Assembly: GCA_032718475.1 (NCBI GenBank)
Contig: JAUCBJ010009057.1
Location: 62,001-126,000, forward strand
DNA length: 64,000 nt
Origin: Nemertoderma westbladi
Taxonomy: Eukaryota > Animalia > Xenacoelomorpha
Direction of reading: 5' to 3'
Shown here: positions 33,801-48,800 of the stretch, piece after piece
How positions within the stretch are numbered: the first letter of the stretch is position 1
Layout of the letters: each line of letters begins with the position of its first letter
Translations under genes and position numbers: made by a program
The notes under the pieces: model-generated
What the model saw: the letters and a program-made list of their open reading frames with translations, nothing else
The model's database searches: none
Told to the model about the DNA's origin: nothing

Positions 33801-36800
33801 GTATCATGTAAGTACCGCAAGTATTGGTGTATCATGTAAGTACCGCAAGTATTGGTGTATCATGTAAGTACCGCAAGTATTGGTGTACCATGTAAGTACC
33901 GCAAGTATTGGTGTACCATGTAAGTACCGCAAGTATTGGTGTATCATGTAAGTACCGCAAGTATTGGTGTACCATGTAAGTACCGCAAGTATTGGTGTAC
34001 CATGTAAGTACCGCAAGTATTGGTGTATCATGTAAGTACCGCAAGTATTGCTGTACCATGTAAGTACCTCAAGTATTGGTGTATCATGTAAGTACCTCAA
34101 GTATTGGTGTATCATGTAAGTACCTCAAGTATTGGTGTATCATGTAAGTACCGCAAGTATTGCTGTACCATGTAAGTACCTCAAGTATTGGTGTATCATG
34201 TAAGTACCTCAATTATTGGTGTATCATGTAAGTACCTCAAGTATTGGTGTATCATGTATGTACCGCAAGTATTGATGTATCATGTAAGTACTGCAAGTAT
34301 TGGTGTACCATGTAAGTACCGCAAGTATTGGTGTACCATGTAAGTACCGCAAGTATTGGTGTACCATGTAAGTACCGCAAGTATTGGTGTACCATGTAAG
34401 TACCGCAAGTATTGGTGTATCATGTAAGTACCGCAAGTATTGGTGTACCATGTAAGTACCGCAAGTATTGGTGTACCATGTAAGTACCGCAAGTATTGGT
34501 GTATCATGTAAGTACCGNNNNNNNNNNNNNNNNNNNNNNNNNNNNNNNNNNNNNNNNNNNNNNNNNNNNNNNNNNNNNNNNNNNNNNNNNNNNNNNNNNN
34601 NNNNNNNNNNNNNNNNNTAAGTACCTCAAGTATTGGTGTACCATGTAAGTACCGCAAGTGAGTACCTCAAGTATTGGTGTATCATGTAAGTACCGCAAGT
34701 ATTGTTGTACCATGTAAGTACCGCAAGTGAGTACATCAAGTATTGGTGTACCATGTAAGTACCGCAAGTGAGTACATCAAGTATTGGTGTACCATGTAAT
34801 TACCGCAAGTATTGGTGTACCATGTAAGTACCGCAACTATTGGTGTACCATGTAAGTACCGCAAGTGAGTACATCAAGTATTGGTGTACCATGTAAGTAC
34901 CGCAAGTATTGGTGTACCATGTAAGTACCGCAAGTATTGGTGTTCCATGTAAGTACCGCAAGTATTGGTGTACCATGTAAGTACCGCAAGTGAGTACATC
35001 AAGTATTGGTGTACCATGTAAGTATCGCAAGTATTGGTGTATCATGTAAGTACCGCAAGTATTGGTGTATCATGTAAGTACCGCAAGTGAGTACATCAAG
35101 TATTGGTGTACCATGTAAGTACCGCAAGTATTGGTGTATCATGTAAGTACCGCAAGTATTGGTGTACCATGTAAGTACCGCAAGTGAGTACATCAAGTAT
35201 TGGTGTACCATGTAAGTACCGCAAGTATTTGTGTATCATGTAAGTACCGCAAGTATTGGTGTATCATGTAAGTACCGCAAGTGAGTACATCAAGTATTGG
35301 TGTCCCATGTAAGTACCGCAAGTATTGGTGTACCATGTAAGTACCGCAACTATTGGTGTATCATGTAAGTACCGCAAGTATTGGTGTACCATGTAAGTAC
35401 CGCAAGTATTGGTGTATCATTTAAGTACCGCAAGTATTGGTGTACCATGTAAGTACCGCAAGTGAGTACATCAAGTATTGGTGTACCATGTAAGTACCGC
35501 AAGTATTGGTGTATCATGTATGTACGGCAAGTATTGGTGTACCATGTAAGTACCGCAAGTATTGGTGTATCATGTAAGTACCGCAAGTATTGGTGTACCA
35601 TGTAAGTACCGCAAGTGAGTACATCAAGTATTGGTGTACCATGTAAGTACCGCAAGTATTGGTGTATCATGTAAGTACCGCAAGTATTGGTGTATCATTT
35701 AAGTACCGCAAGTGAGTACATCAAGTATTGGTGTACCATGTAAGTACCGCAAGTATTGGTGTACCATGTAAGTACCGCAACTATTGGTGTATCATGTAAG
35801 TACCGCAAGTATTGGTGTACCATGTAAGTACCGCAAGAGAGTACATCAAGTATTGGTGTACCATGTAAGTACCGCAAGTATTGGTGTATCATGTAAGTAC
35901 CGCAAGTATTGGTGTATCATGTAAGTACCGCAAGTATTGGTGTATCATGTAAGTACCGCAAGTATTGGTGTACCATGTAAGTACCGCAAGTGAGTACATC
36001 AAGTATTGGTGTACCATGTAAGTACCGCAAGTATTGGTGTATCATGTAAGTACCGCAAGTATTGGTGTATCATGTAAGTACCGCAAGTATTGGTGTATCA
36101 TGTAAGTACCGCAAGTATTGGTGTATCATGTAAGTACCGCAAGTATTGGTGTACCATGTAAGTACCTCAAGTATTGGTTTATCATGTAAGTACCGCAAGT
36201 ATTGGTGTATCATGTAAGTACCGCAAGTATTGGTGTACCATGTAAGTACCGCAAGTATTGGTGTATCATGTAAGTACCGCAAGTATTGGTGTATCATGTA
36301 AGTACCGCAAGTATTGGTGTATCATGTAAGTACCGCAAGTATTGGTGTACCATGTAAGTACCGCAAGTGAGTACATCAAGTATTGGTGTACCATGTAAGT
36401 ACCGCAAGTATTGGTGTATCATGTAAGTACCGCAAGTATTGGTGTATCATGTAAGTACCGCAAGTATTGGTGTATCATGTAAGTACCGCAAGTATTGGTG
36501 TATCATGTAAGTACCGCAAGTATTGGTGTACCATGTAAGTACCTCAAGTATTGGTTTATCATGTAAGTACCGCAAGTATTGGTGTATCATGTAAGTACCG
36601 CAAGTATTGGTGTACCATGTAAGTACCTCAAGTATTGGTGTATCATGTAAGTACCGCAAGTATTGGTGTATCATGTAAGTACCGCAAGTATTGGTGTATC
36701 ATGTAAGTACCGCAAGTGAGTACATCAAGTATTGGTGTACCATGTAAGTACCGCAAGTATTGGTGTACCATGTAAGTACCGCAAGTGAGTACATCAAGTA

Positions 36801-39800
36801 TTGGTGTACCATGTAAGTATCGCAAGTATTGGTGTATCATGTAAGTACCGCAAGTATTGGTGTATCATGTAAGTACCGCAAGTGAGTACATCAAGTATTG
36901 GTGTACCATGTAAGTACCGCAAGTATTGGTGTATCATGTAAGTACCGCAAGTATTGGTGTACCATGTAAGTACCGCAAGTGAGTACATCAAGTATTGGTG
37001 TACCATGTAAGTACCGCAAGTATTGGTGTATCATGTAAGTACCGCAAGTATTGGTGTATCATGTAAGTACCGCAAGTGAGTACATCAAGTATTGGTGTAC
37101 CATGTAAGTACCGCAAGTATTGGTGTACCATGTAAGTACCGCAACTATTGGTGTATCATGTAAGTACCGCAAGTATTGGTGTACCATGTAAGTACCGCAA
37201 GTATTGGTGTATCATTTAAGTACCGCAAGTATTGGTGTACCATGTAAGTACCGCAAGTGAGTACATCAAGTATTGGTGTACCATGTAAGTACCGCAAGTA
37301 TTGGTGTATCATGTATGTACGGCAAGTATTGGTGTACCATGTAAGTACCGCAAGTATTGGTGTATCATGTAAGTACCGCAAGTATTGGTGTACCATGTAA
37401 GTACCTCAAGTATTGGTGTATCATGTAAGTACCTCAAGTATTGGTGTACCATGTAAGTACCTCAAGTATTGGTGTATCATGTATGTACGGCAAGTATTGG
37501 TGTACCATGTAAGTACCTCAAGTATTGGTGTACCATGTAAGTACCGCAAGTATTGGTGTATCATGTAAGTACCGCAAGTATTGGTGTACCATGTAAGTAC
37601 CGCAAGTATTGGTGTATCATGTAAGTACCGCAAGTATTGCTGTACCATGTAAGTACCTCAAGTATTGGTGTATCATGTAAGTACCTCAAGTATTGGTGTA
37701 TCATGTAAGTACCTCAAGTATTGGTGTATCATGTAAGTACCGCAAGTATTGCTGTACCATGTAAGTACCTCAAGTATTGGTGTATCATGTAAGTACCTCA
37801 ATTATTGGTGTATCATGTAAGTACCTCAAGTATTGGTGTATCATGTATGTACCGCAAGTATTGATGTATCATGTAAGTACTGCAAGTATTGGTGTACCAT
37901 GTAAGTACCGCAAGTATTGGTGTACCATGTAAGTACCGCAAGTATTGGTGTACCATGTAAGTACCGCAAGTATTGGTGTACCATGTAAGTACCGCAAGTA
38001 TTGGTGTATCATGTAAGTACCGCAAGTATTGGTGTACCATGTAAGTACCTCAAGTATTGGTGTATCATGTAAGTACCTCAAGTATTGGTGTATCATGTAA
38101 GTACCTCAAGTATTGGTGTATCATGTATGTACCGCAAGTATTGATGTATCATGTAAGTACTGCAAGTATTGGTGTACCATGTAAGTACCTCAAGTATTGG
38201 TGTATCATGTATGTACGGCAAGTATTGGTGTACCATGTAAGTACCGCAAGTATTGGTGTACCATGTAAGTACTGCAAGTATTGGTGTACCATGTAAGTAC
38301 TGCAAGTATTGGTGTACCATGTAAGTACCTCAAGTATTGGTGTATCATGTAAGTACCGCAAGTATTGGTGTACCATGTAAGTACCTCAAGTATTGGTGTA
38401 TCATGTAAGTACCGCAAGTATTGGTGTACCATGTAAGTACCGCAAGTATTGGTGTATCATGTAAGTACCGCAAGTATTGGTGTATCATGTAAGTACCGCA
38501 AGTATTGGTATACCATGTAAGTACCGCAAGTATTGGTGTACCATGTAAGTACCGCAAGTATTGGTGTACCATGTAAGTACCGCAAGTATTGGTGTATCAT
38601 GTAAGTACCGCAAGTATTGGTGTATCATGTAAGTACCGCAAGTATTGGTGTATCATGTAAGTACCGCAAGTATTGGTGTACCATGTAAGTACCGCAAGTA
38701 TTGGTGTACCATGTAAGTACCGCAAGTATTGGTGTATCATGTAAGTACCGCAAGTATTGGTGTACCATGTAAGTACCGCAAGTATTGGTGTACCATGTAA
38801 GTACCGCAAGTATTGGTGTATCATGTAAGTACCGCAAGTATTGCTGTACCATGTAAGTACCTCAAGTATTGGTGTATCATGTAAGTACCTCAAGTATTGG
38901 TGTATCATGTAAGTACCTCAAGTATTGGTGTATCATGTAAGTACCGCAAGTATTGCTGTACCATGTAAGTACCTCAAGTATTGGTGTATCATGTAAGTAC
39001 CTCAATTATTGGTGTATCATGTAAGTACCTCAAGTATTGGTGTATCATGTATGTACCGCAAGTATTGATGTATCATGTAAGTACTGCAAGTATTGGTGTA
39101 CCATGTAAGTACCGCAAGTATTGGTGTACCATGTAAGTACCGCAAGTATTGGTGTACCATGTAAGTACCGCAAGTATTGGTGTACCATGTAAGTACCGCA
39201 AGTATTGGTGTATCATGTAAGTACCGCAAGTATTGGTGTACCATGTAAGTACCGCAAGTATTGGTGTACCATGTAAGTACCGCAAGTATTGGTGTATCAT
39301 GTAAGTACCGCAAGTATTGGTGTACCATGTAAGTACCGCAAGTATTGGTGTACCATGTAAGTACCGCAAGTATTGGTGTATCATGTAAGTACCGCAAGTA
39401 TTGGTGTACCATGTAAGTACCGCAAGTATTGGTGTACCATGTAAGTACCTCAAGTATTGTGTATCATGTAAGTACCTCAAGTATTGGTGTATCATGTAAG
39501 TACCTCAAGTATTGGTGTATCATGTAAGTACCTCAAGTATTGGTGTATCATGTATGTACCGCAAGTATTGATGTATCATGTAAGTACTGCAAGTATTGGT
39601 GTACCATGTAAGTACCTCAAGTATTGGTGTATCATGTATGTACGGCAAGTATTGGTGTACCATGTAAGTACCGCAAGTATTGGTGTACCATGTAAGTACT
39701 GCAAGTATTGGTGTACCATGTAAGTACTGCAAGTATTGGTGTACCATGTAAGTACCTCAAGTATTGGTGTATCATGTAAGTACCGCAAGTATTGGTGTAC

Positions 39801-42800
39801 CATGTAAGTACCTCAAGTATTGGTGTATCATGTAAGTACCGCAAGTATTGGTGTACCATGTAAGTACCGCAAGTATTGGTGTATCATGTAAGTACCGCAA
39901 GTATTGGTGTATCATGTAAGTACCGCAAGTATTGGTATACCATGTAAGTACCGCAAGTATTGGTGTACCATGTAAGTACCGCAAGTATTGGTGTACCATG
40001 TAAGTACCGCAAGTATTGGTGTATCATGTAAGTACCGCAAGTATTGGTGTATCATGTAAGTACCGCAAGTATTGGTGTATCATGTAAGTACCGCAAGTAT
40101 TGGTGTACCATGTAAGTACCGCAAGTATTGGTGTACCATGTAAGTACCGCAAGTATTGGTGTATCATGTAAGTACCGCAAGTATTGGTGTACCATGTAAG
40201 TACCGCAAGTATTGGTGTACCATGTAAGTACCGCAAGTATTGGTGTATCATGTAAGTACCGCAAGTATTGGTGTATCATGTAAGTACCGCAAGTATTGGT
40301 GTACCATGTAAGTACCGCAAGTATTGGTGTACCATGTAAGTACCTCAAGTATTGGTGTACCATGTAAGTACCGCAAGTGAGTACCTCAAGTATTGGTGTA
40401 TCATGTAAGTACCGCAAGTATTGTTGTACCATGTAAGTACCGCAAGTGAGTACATCAAGTATTGGTGTACCATGTAAGTACCGCAAGTGAGTACATCAAG
40501 TATTGGTGTACCATGTAATTACCGCAAGTATTGGTGTACCATGTAAGTACCGCAACTATTGGTGTACCATGTAAGTACCGCAAGTGAGTACATCAAGTAT
40601 TGGTGTACCATGTAAGTACCGCAAGTATTGGTGTACCATGTAAGTACCGCAAGTATTGGTGTTCCATGTAAGTACCGCAAGTATTGGTGTACCATGTAAG
40701 TACCGCAAGTGAGTACATCAAGTATTGGTGTACCATGTAAGTATCGCAAGTATTGGTGTATCATGTAAGTACCGCAAGTATTGGTGTATCATGTAAGTAC
40801 CGCAAGTGAGTACATCAAGTATTGGTGTACCATGTAAGTACCGCAAGTATTGGTGTATCATGTAAGTACCGCAAGTATTGGTGTACCATGTAAGTACCGC
40901 AAGTGAGTACATCAAGTATTGGTGTACCATGTAAGTACCGCAAGTATTTGTGTATCATGTAAGTACCGCAAGTATTGGTGTATCATGTAAGTACCGCAAG
41001 TGAGTACATCAAGTATTGGTGTACCATGTAAGTACCGCAAGTATTGGTGTACCATGTAAGTACCGCAACTATTGGTGTATCATGTAAGTACCGCAAGTAT
41101 TGGTGTACCATGTAAGTACCGCAAGTATTGGTGTATCATTTAAGTACCGCAAGTATTGGTGTACCATGTAAGTACCGCAAGTGAGTACATCAAGTATTGG
41201 TGTACCATGTAAGTACCGCAAGTATTGGTGTATCATGTATGTACGGCAAGTATTGGTGTACCATGTAAGTACCGCAAGTATTGGTGTATCATGTAAGTAC
41301 CGCAAGTATTGGTGTACCATGTAAGTACCGCAAGTGAGTACATCAAGTATTGGTGTACCATGTAAGTACCGCAAGTATTGGTGTATCATGTAAGTACCGC
41401 AAGTATTGGTGTATCATTTAAGTACCGCAAGTGAGTACATCAAGTATTGGTGTACCATGTAAGTACCGCAAGTATTGGTGTACCATGTAAGTACCGCAAC
41501 TATTGGTGTATCATGTAAGCACCGCAAGTATTGGTGTACCATGTAAGTACCGCAAGTGAGTACATCAAGTATTGGTGTACCATGTAAGTACCGCAAGTAT
41601 TGGTGTATCATGTAAGTACCGCAAGTATTGGTGTATCATGTAAGTACCGCAAGTATTGGTGTATCATGTAAGTACCGCAAGTATTGGTGTACCATGTAAG
41701 TACCGCAAGTGAGTACATCAAGTATTGGTGTACCATGTAAGTACCGCAAGTATTGGTGTATCATGTAAGTACCGCAAGTATTGGTGTATCATGTAAGTAC
41801 CGCAAGTATTGGTGTATCATGTAAGTACCGCAAGTATTGGTGTATCATGTAAGTACCGCAAGTATTGGTGTACCATGTAAGTACCTCAAGTATTGGTTTA
41901 TCATGTAAGTACCGCAAGTATTGGTGTATCATGTAAGTACCGCAAGTATTGGTGTACCATGTAAGTACCGCAAGTATTGGTGTATCATGTAAGTACCGCA
42001 AGTATTGGTGTATCATGTAAGTACCGCAAGTATTGGTGTATCATGTAAGTACCGCAAGTATTGGTGTACCATGTAAGTACCGCAAGTGAGTACATCAAGT
42101 ATTGGTGTACCATGTAAGTACCGCAAGTATTGGTGTATCATGTAAGTACCGCAAGTATTGGTGTATCATGTAAGTACCGCAAGTATTGGTGTATCATGTA
42201 AGTACCGCAAGTATTGGTGTATCATGTAAGTACCGCAAGTATTGGTGTATCATGTAAGTACCGCAAGTATTGGTGTATCATGTAAGTACCGCAAGTATTG
42301 GTGTACCATGTAAGTACCTCAAGTATTGGTGTATCATGTAAGTACCGCAAGTATTGGTGTATCATGTAAGTACCGCAAGTATTGGTGTATCATGTAAGTA
42401 CCGCAAGTGAGTACATCAAGTATTGGTGTACCATGTAAGTACCGCAAGTATTGGTGTACCATGTAAGTACCGCAAGTGAGTACATCAAGTATTGGTGTAC
42501 CATGTAAGTATCGCAAGTATTGGTGTATCATGTAAGTACCGCAAGTATTGGTGTATCATGTAAGTACCGCAAGTGAGTACATCAAGTATTGGTGTACCAT
42601 GTAAGTACCGCAAGTATTGGTGTATCATGTAAGTACCGCAAGTATTGGTGTACCATGTAAGTACCGCAAGTGAGTACATCAAGTATTGGTGTACCATGTA
42701 AGTACCGCAAGTATTGGTGTATCATGTAAGTACCGCAAGTATTGGTGTATCATGTAAGTACCGCAAGTGAGTACATCAAGTATTGGTGTACCATGTAAGT

Positions 42801-45800
42801 ACCGCAAGTATTGGTGTACCATGTAAGTACCGCAACTATTGGTGTATCATGTAAGTACCGCAAGTATTGGTGTACCATGTAAGTACCGCAAGTATTGGTG
42901 TATCATTTAAGTACCGCAAGTATTGGTGTACCATGTAAGTACCGCAAGTGAGTACATCAAGTATTGGTGTACCATGTAAGTACCGCAAGTATTGGTGTAT
43001 CATGTATGTACGGCAAGTATTGGTGTACCATGTAAGTACCGCAAGTATTGGTGTATCATGTAAGTACCGCAAGTATTGGTGTACCATGTAAGTACCTCAA
43101 GTATTGGTGTATCATGTAAGTACCTCAAGTATTGGTGTACCATGTAAGTACCTCAAGTATTGGTGTATCATGTATGTACGGCAAGTATTGGTGTACCATG
43201 TAAGTACCTCAAGTATTGGTGTACCATGTAAGTACCGCAAGTATTGGTGTATCATGTAAGTACCGCAAGTATTGGTGTACCATGTAAGTACCGCAAGTAT
43301 TGGTGTATCATGTAAGTACCGCAAGTATTGCTGTACCATGTAAGTACCTCAAGTATTGGTGTATCATGTAAGTACCTCAAGTATTGGTGTATCATGTAAG
43401 TACCTCAAGTATTGGTGTATCATGTAAGTACCGCAAGTATTGCTGTACCATGTAAGTACCTCAAGTATTGGTGTATCATGTAAGTACCTCAATTATTGGT
43501 GTATCATGTAAGTACCTCAAGTATTGGTGTATCATGTATGTACCGCAAGTATTGATGTATCATGTAAGTACTGCAAGTATTGGTGTACCATGTAAGTACC
43601 GCAAGTATTGTTGTACCATGTAAGTACCGCAAGTGAGTACATCAAGTATTGGTGTACCATGTAAGTACCGCAAGTGAGTACATCAAGTATTGGTGTACCA
43701 TGTAATTACCGCAAGTATTGGTGTACCATGTAAGTACCGCAACTATTGGTGTACCATGTAAGTACCGCAAGTGAGTACATCAAGTATTGGTGTACCATGT
43801 AAGTACCGCAAGTATTGGTGTACCATGTAAGTACCGCAAGTATTGGTGTTCCATGTAAGTACCGCAAGTATTGGTGTACCATGTAAGTACCGCAAGTGAG
43901 TACATCAAGTATTGGTGTACCATGTAAGTATCGCAAGTATTGGTGTATCATGTAAGTACCGCAAGTATTGGTGTATCATGTAAGTACCGCAAGTGAGTAC
44001 ATCAAGTATTGGTGTACCATGTAAGTACCGCAAGTATTGGTGTATCATGTAAGTACCGCAAGTATTGGTGTACCATGTAAGTACCGCAAGTGAGTACATC
44101 AAGTATTGGTGTACCATGTAAGTACCGCAAGTATTTGTGTATCATGTAAGTACCGCAAGTATTGGTGTATCATGTAAGTACCGCAAGTGAGTACATCAAG
44201 TATTGGTGTACCATGTAAGTACCGCAAGTATTGGTGTACCATGTAAGTACCGCAACTATTGGTGTATCATGTAAGTACCGCAAGTATTGGTGTACCATGT
44301 AAGTACCGCAAGTATTGGTGTATCATTTAAGTACCGCAAGTATTGGTGTACCATGTAAGTACCGCAAGTGAGTACATCAAGTATTGGTGTACCATGTAAG
44401 TACCGCAAGTATTGGTGTATCATGTATGTACGGCAAGTATTGGTGTACCATGTAAGTACCGCAAGTATTGGTGTATCATGTAAGTACCGCAAGTATTGGT
44501 GTACCATGTAAGTACCGCAAGTGAGTACATCAAGTATTGGTGTACCATGTAAGTACCGCAAGTATTGGTGTATCATGTAAGTACCGCAAGTATTGGTGTA
44601 TCATTTAAGTACCGCAAGTGAGTACATCAAGTATTGGTGTACCATGTAAGTACCGCAAGTATTGGTGTACCATGTAAGTACCGCAACTATTGGTGTATCA
44701 TGTAAGTACCGCAAGTATTGGTGTACCATGTAAGTACCGCAAGTGAGTACATCAAGTATTGGTGTACCATGTAAGTACCGCAAGTATTGGTGTATCATGT
44801 AAGTACCGCAAGTATTGGTGTATCATGTAAGTACCGCAAGTATTGGTGTATCATGTAAGTACCGCAAGTATTGGTGTACCATGTAAGTACCGCAAGTGAG
44901 TACATCAAGTATTGGTGTACCATGTAAGTACCGCAAGTATTGGTGTATCATGTAAGTACCGCAAGTATTGGTGTATCATGTAAGTACCGCAAGTATTGGT
45001 GTATCATGTAAGTACCGCAAGTATTGGTGTATCATGTAAGTACCGCAAGTATTGGTGTACCATGTAAGTACCTCAAGTATTGGTTTATCATGTAAGTACC
45101 GCAAGTATTGGTGTATCATGTAAGTACCGCAAGTATTGGTGTACCATGTAAGTACCGCAAGTATTGGTGTATCATGTAAGTACCGCAAGTATTGGTGTAT
45201 CATGTAAGTACCGCAAGTATTGGTGTATCATGTAAGTACCGCAAGTATTGGTGTACCATGTAAGTACCGCAAGTGAGTACATCAAGTATTGGTGTACCAT
45301 GTAAGTACCGCAAGTATTGGTGTATCATGTAAGTACCGCAAGTATTGGTGTATCATGTAAGTACCGCAAGTATTGGTGTATCATGTAAGTACCGCAAGTA
45401 TTGGTGTATCATGTAAGTACCGCAAGTATTGGTGTATCATGTAAGTACCGCAAGTATTGGTGTATCATGTAAGTACCGCAAGTATTGGTGTACCATGTAA
45501 GTACCTCAAGTATTGGTGTATCATGTAAGTACCGCAAGTATTGGTGTATCATGTAAGTACCGCAAGTATTGGTGTATCATGTAAGTACCGCAAGTGAGTA
45601 CATCAAGTATTGGTGTACCATGTAAGTACCGCAAGTATTGGTGTACCATGTAAGTACCGCAAGTGAGTACATCAAGTATTGGTGTACCATGTAAGTATCG
45701 CAAGTATTGGTGTATCATGTAAGTACCGCAAGTATTGGTGTATCATGTAAGTACCGCAAGTGAGTACATCAAGTATTGGTGTACCATGTAAGTACCGCAA

Positions 45801-48800
45801 GTATTGGTGTATCATGTAAGTACCGCAAGTATTGGTGTACCATGTAAGTACCGCAAGTGAGTACATCAAGTATTGGTGTACCATGTAAGTACCGCAAGTA
45901 TTGGTGTATCATGTAAGTACCGCAAGTATTGGTGTATCATGTAAGTACCGCAAGTGAGTACATCAAGTATTGGTGTACCATGTAAGTACCGCAAGTATTG
46001 GTGTACCATGTAAGTACCGCAACTATTGGTGTATCATGTAAGTACCGCAAGTATTGGTGTACCATGTAAGTACCGCAAGTATTGGTGTATCATTTAAGTA
46101 CCGCAAGTATTGGTGTACCATGTAAGTACCTCAAGTATTGGTGTATCATGTAAGTACCTCAAGTATTGGTGTACCATGTAAGTACCTCAAGTATTGGTGT
46201 ATCATGTATGTACGGCAAGTATTGGTGTACCATGTAAGTACCGCAAGTGAGTACATCAAGTATTGGTGTACCATGTAAGTACCGCAAGTATTGGTGTATC
46301 ATGTATGTACGGCAAGTATTGGTGTACCATGTAAGTACCGCAAGTATTGGTGTATCATGTAAGTACCGCAAGTATTGGTGTACCATGTAAGTACCTCAAG
46401 TATTGGTGTATCATGTAAGTACCTCAAGTATTGGTGTACCATGTAAGTACCTCAAGTATTGGTGTATCATGTATGTACGGCAAGTATTGGTGTACCATGT
46501 AAGTACCTCAAGTATTGGTGTACCATGTAAGTACCGCAAGTATTGGTGTATCATGTAAGTACCGCAAGTATTGGTGTACCATGTAAGTACCGCAAGTATT
46601 GGTGTATCATGTAAGTACCGCAAGTATTGCTGTACCATGTAAGTACCTCAAGTATTGGTGTATCATGTAAGTACCTCAAGTATTGGTGTATCATGTAAGT
46701 ACCTCAAGTATTGGTGTATCATGTAAGTACCGCAAGTATTGCTGTACCATGTAAGTACCTCAAGTATTGGTGTATCATGTAAGTACCTCAATTATTGGTG
46801 TATCATGTAAGTACCTCAAGTATTGGTGTATCATGTATGTACCGCAAGTATTGATGTATCATGTAAGTACTGCAAGTATTGGTGTACCATGTAAGTACCG
46901 CAAGTATTGGTGTACCATGTAAGTACCGCAAGTATTGGTGTACCATGTAAGTACCGCAAGTATTGGTGTACCATGTAAGTACCGCAAGTATTGGTGTATC
47001 ATGTAAGTACCGCAAGTATTGGTGTACCATGTAAGTACCTCAAGTATTGGTGTATCATGTAAGTACCGCAAGTATTGGTGTACCATGTAAGTACCGCAAG
47101 TGAGTACATCAAGTATTGGTGTACCATGTAAGTACCGCAAGTATTTGTGTATCATGTAAGTACCGCAAGTATTGGTGTATCATGTAAGTACCGCAAGTGA
47201 GTACATCAAGTATTGGTGTACCATGTAAGTACCGCAAGTATTGGTGTACCATGTAAGTACCGCAACTATTGGTGTATCATGTAAGTACCGCAAGTATTGG
47301 TGTACCATGTAAGTACCGCAAGTATTGGTGTATCATTTAAGTACCGCAAGTATTGGTGTACCATGTAAGTACCGCAAGTGAGTACATCAAGTATTGGTGT
47401 ACCATGTAAGTACCGCAAGTATTGGTGTATCATGTATGTACGGCAAGTATTGGTGTACCATGTAAGTACCGCAAGTATTGGTGTATCATGTAAGTACCGC
47501 AAGTATTGGTGTACCATGTAAGTACCGCAAGTGAGTACATCAAGTATTGGTGTACCATGTAAGTACCGCAAGTATTGGTGTATCATGTAAGTACCGCAAG
47601 TATTGGTGTATCATTTAAGTACCGCAAGTGAGTACATCAAGTATTGGTGTACCATGTAAGTACCGCAAGTATTGGTGTACCATGTAAGTACCGCAACTAT
47701 TGGTGTATCATGTAAGTACCGCAAGTATTGGTGTACCATGTAAGTACCGCAAGTGAGTACATCAAGTATTGGTGTACCATGTAAGTACCGCAAGTATTGG
47801 TGTATCATGTAAGTACCGCAAGTATTGGTGTATCATGTAAGTACCGCAAGTATTGGTGTATCATGTAAGTACCGCAAGTATTGGTGTACCATGTAAGTAC
47901 CGCAAGTGAGTACATCAAGTATTGGTGTACCATGTAAGTACCGCAAGTATTGGTGTATCATGTAAGTACCGCAAGTATTGGTGTATCATGTAAGTACCGC
48001 AAGTATTGGTGTATCATGTAAGTACCGCAAGTATTGGTGTATCATGTAAGTACCGCAAGTATTGGTGTACCATGTAAGTACCTCAAGTATTGGTTTATCA
48101 TGTAAGTACCGCAAGTATTGGTGTATCATGTAAGTACCGCAAGTATTGGTGTACCATGTAAGTACCGCAAGTATTGGTGTATCATGTAAGTACCGCAAGT
48201 ATTGGTGTATCATGTAAGTACCGCAAGTATTGGTGTATCATGTAAGTACCGCAAGTATTGGTGTACCATGTAAGTACCGCAAGTGAGTACATCAAGTATT
48301 GGTGTACCATGTAAGTACCGCAAGTATTGGTGTATCATGTAAGTACCGCAAGTATTGGTGTATCATGTAAGTACCGCAAGTATTGGTGTATCATGTAAGT
48401 ACCGCAAGTATTGGTGTATCATGTAAGTACCGCAAGTATTGGTGTATCATGTAAGTACCGCAAGTATTGGTGTATCATGTAAGTACCGCAAGTATTGGTG
48501 TACCATGTAAGTACCTCAAGTATTGGTGTATCATGTAAGTACCGCAAGTATTGGTGTATCATGTAAGTACCGCAAGTATTGGTGTATCATGTAAGTACCG
48601 CAAGTGAGTACATCAAGTATTGGTGTACCATGTAAGTACCGCAAGTATTGGTGTACCATGTAAGTACCGCAAGTGAGTACATCAAGTATTGGTGTACCAT
48701 GTAAGTATCGCAAGTATTGGTGTATCATGTAAGTACCGCAAGTATTGGTGTATCATGTAAGTACCGCAAGTGAGTACATCAAGTATTGGTGTACCATGTA

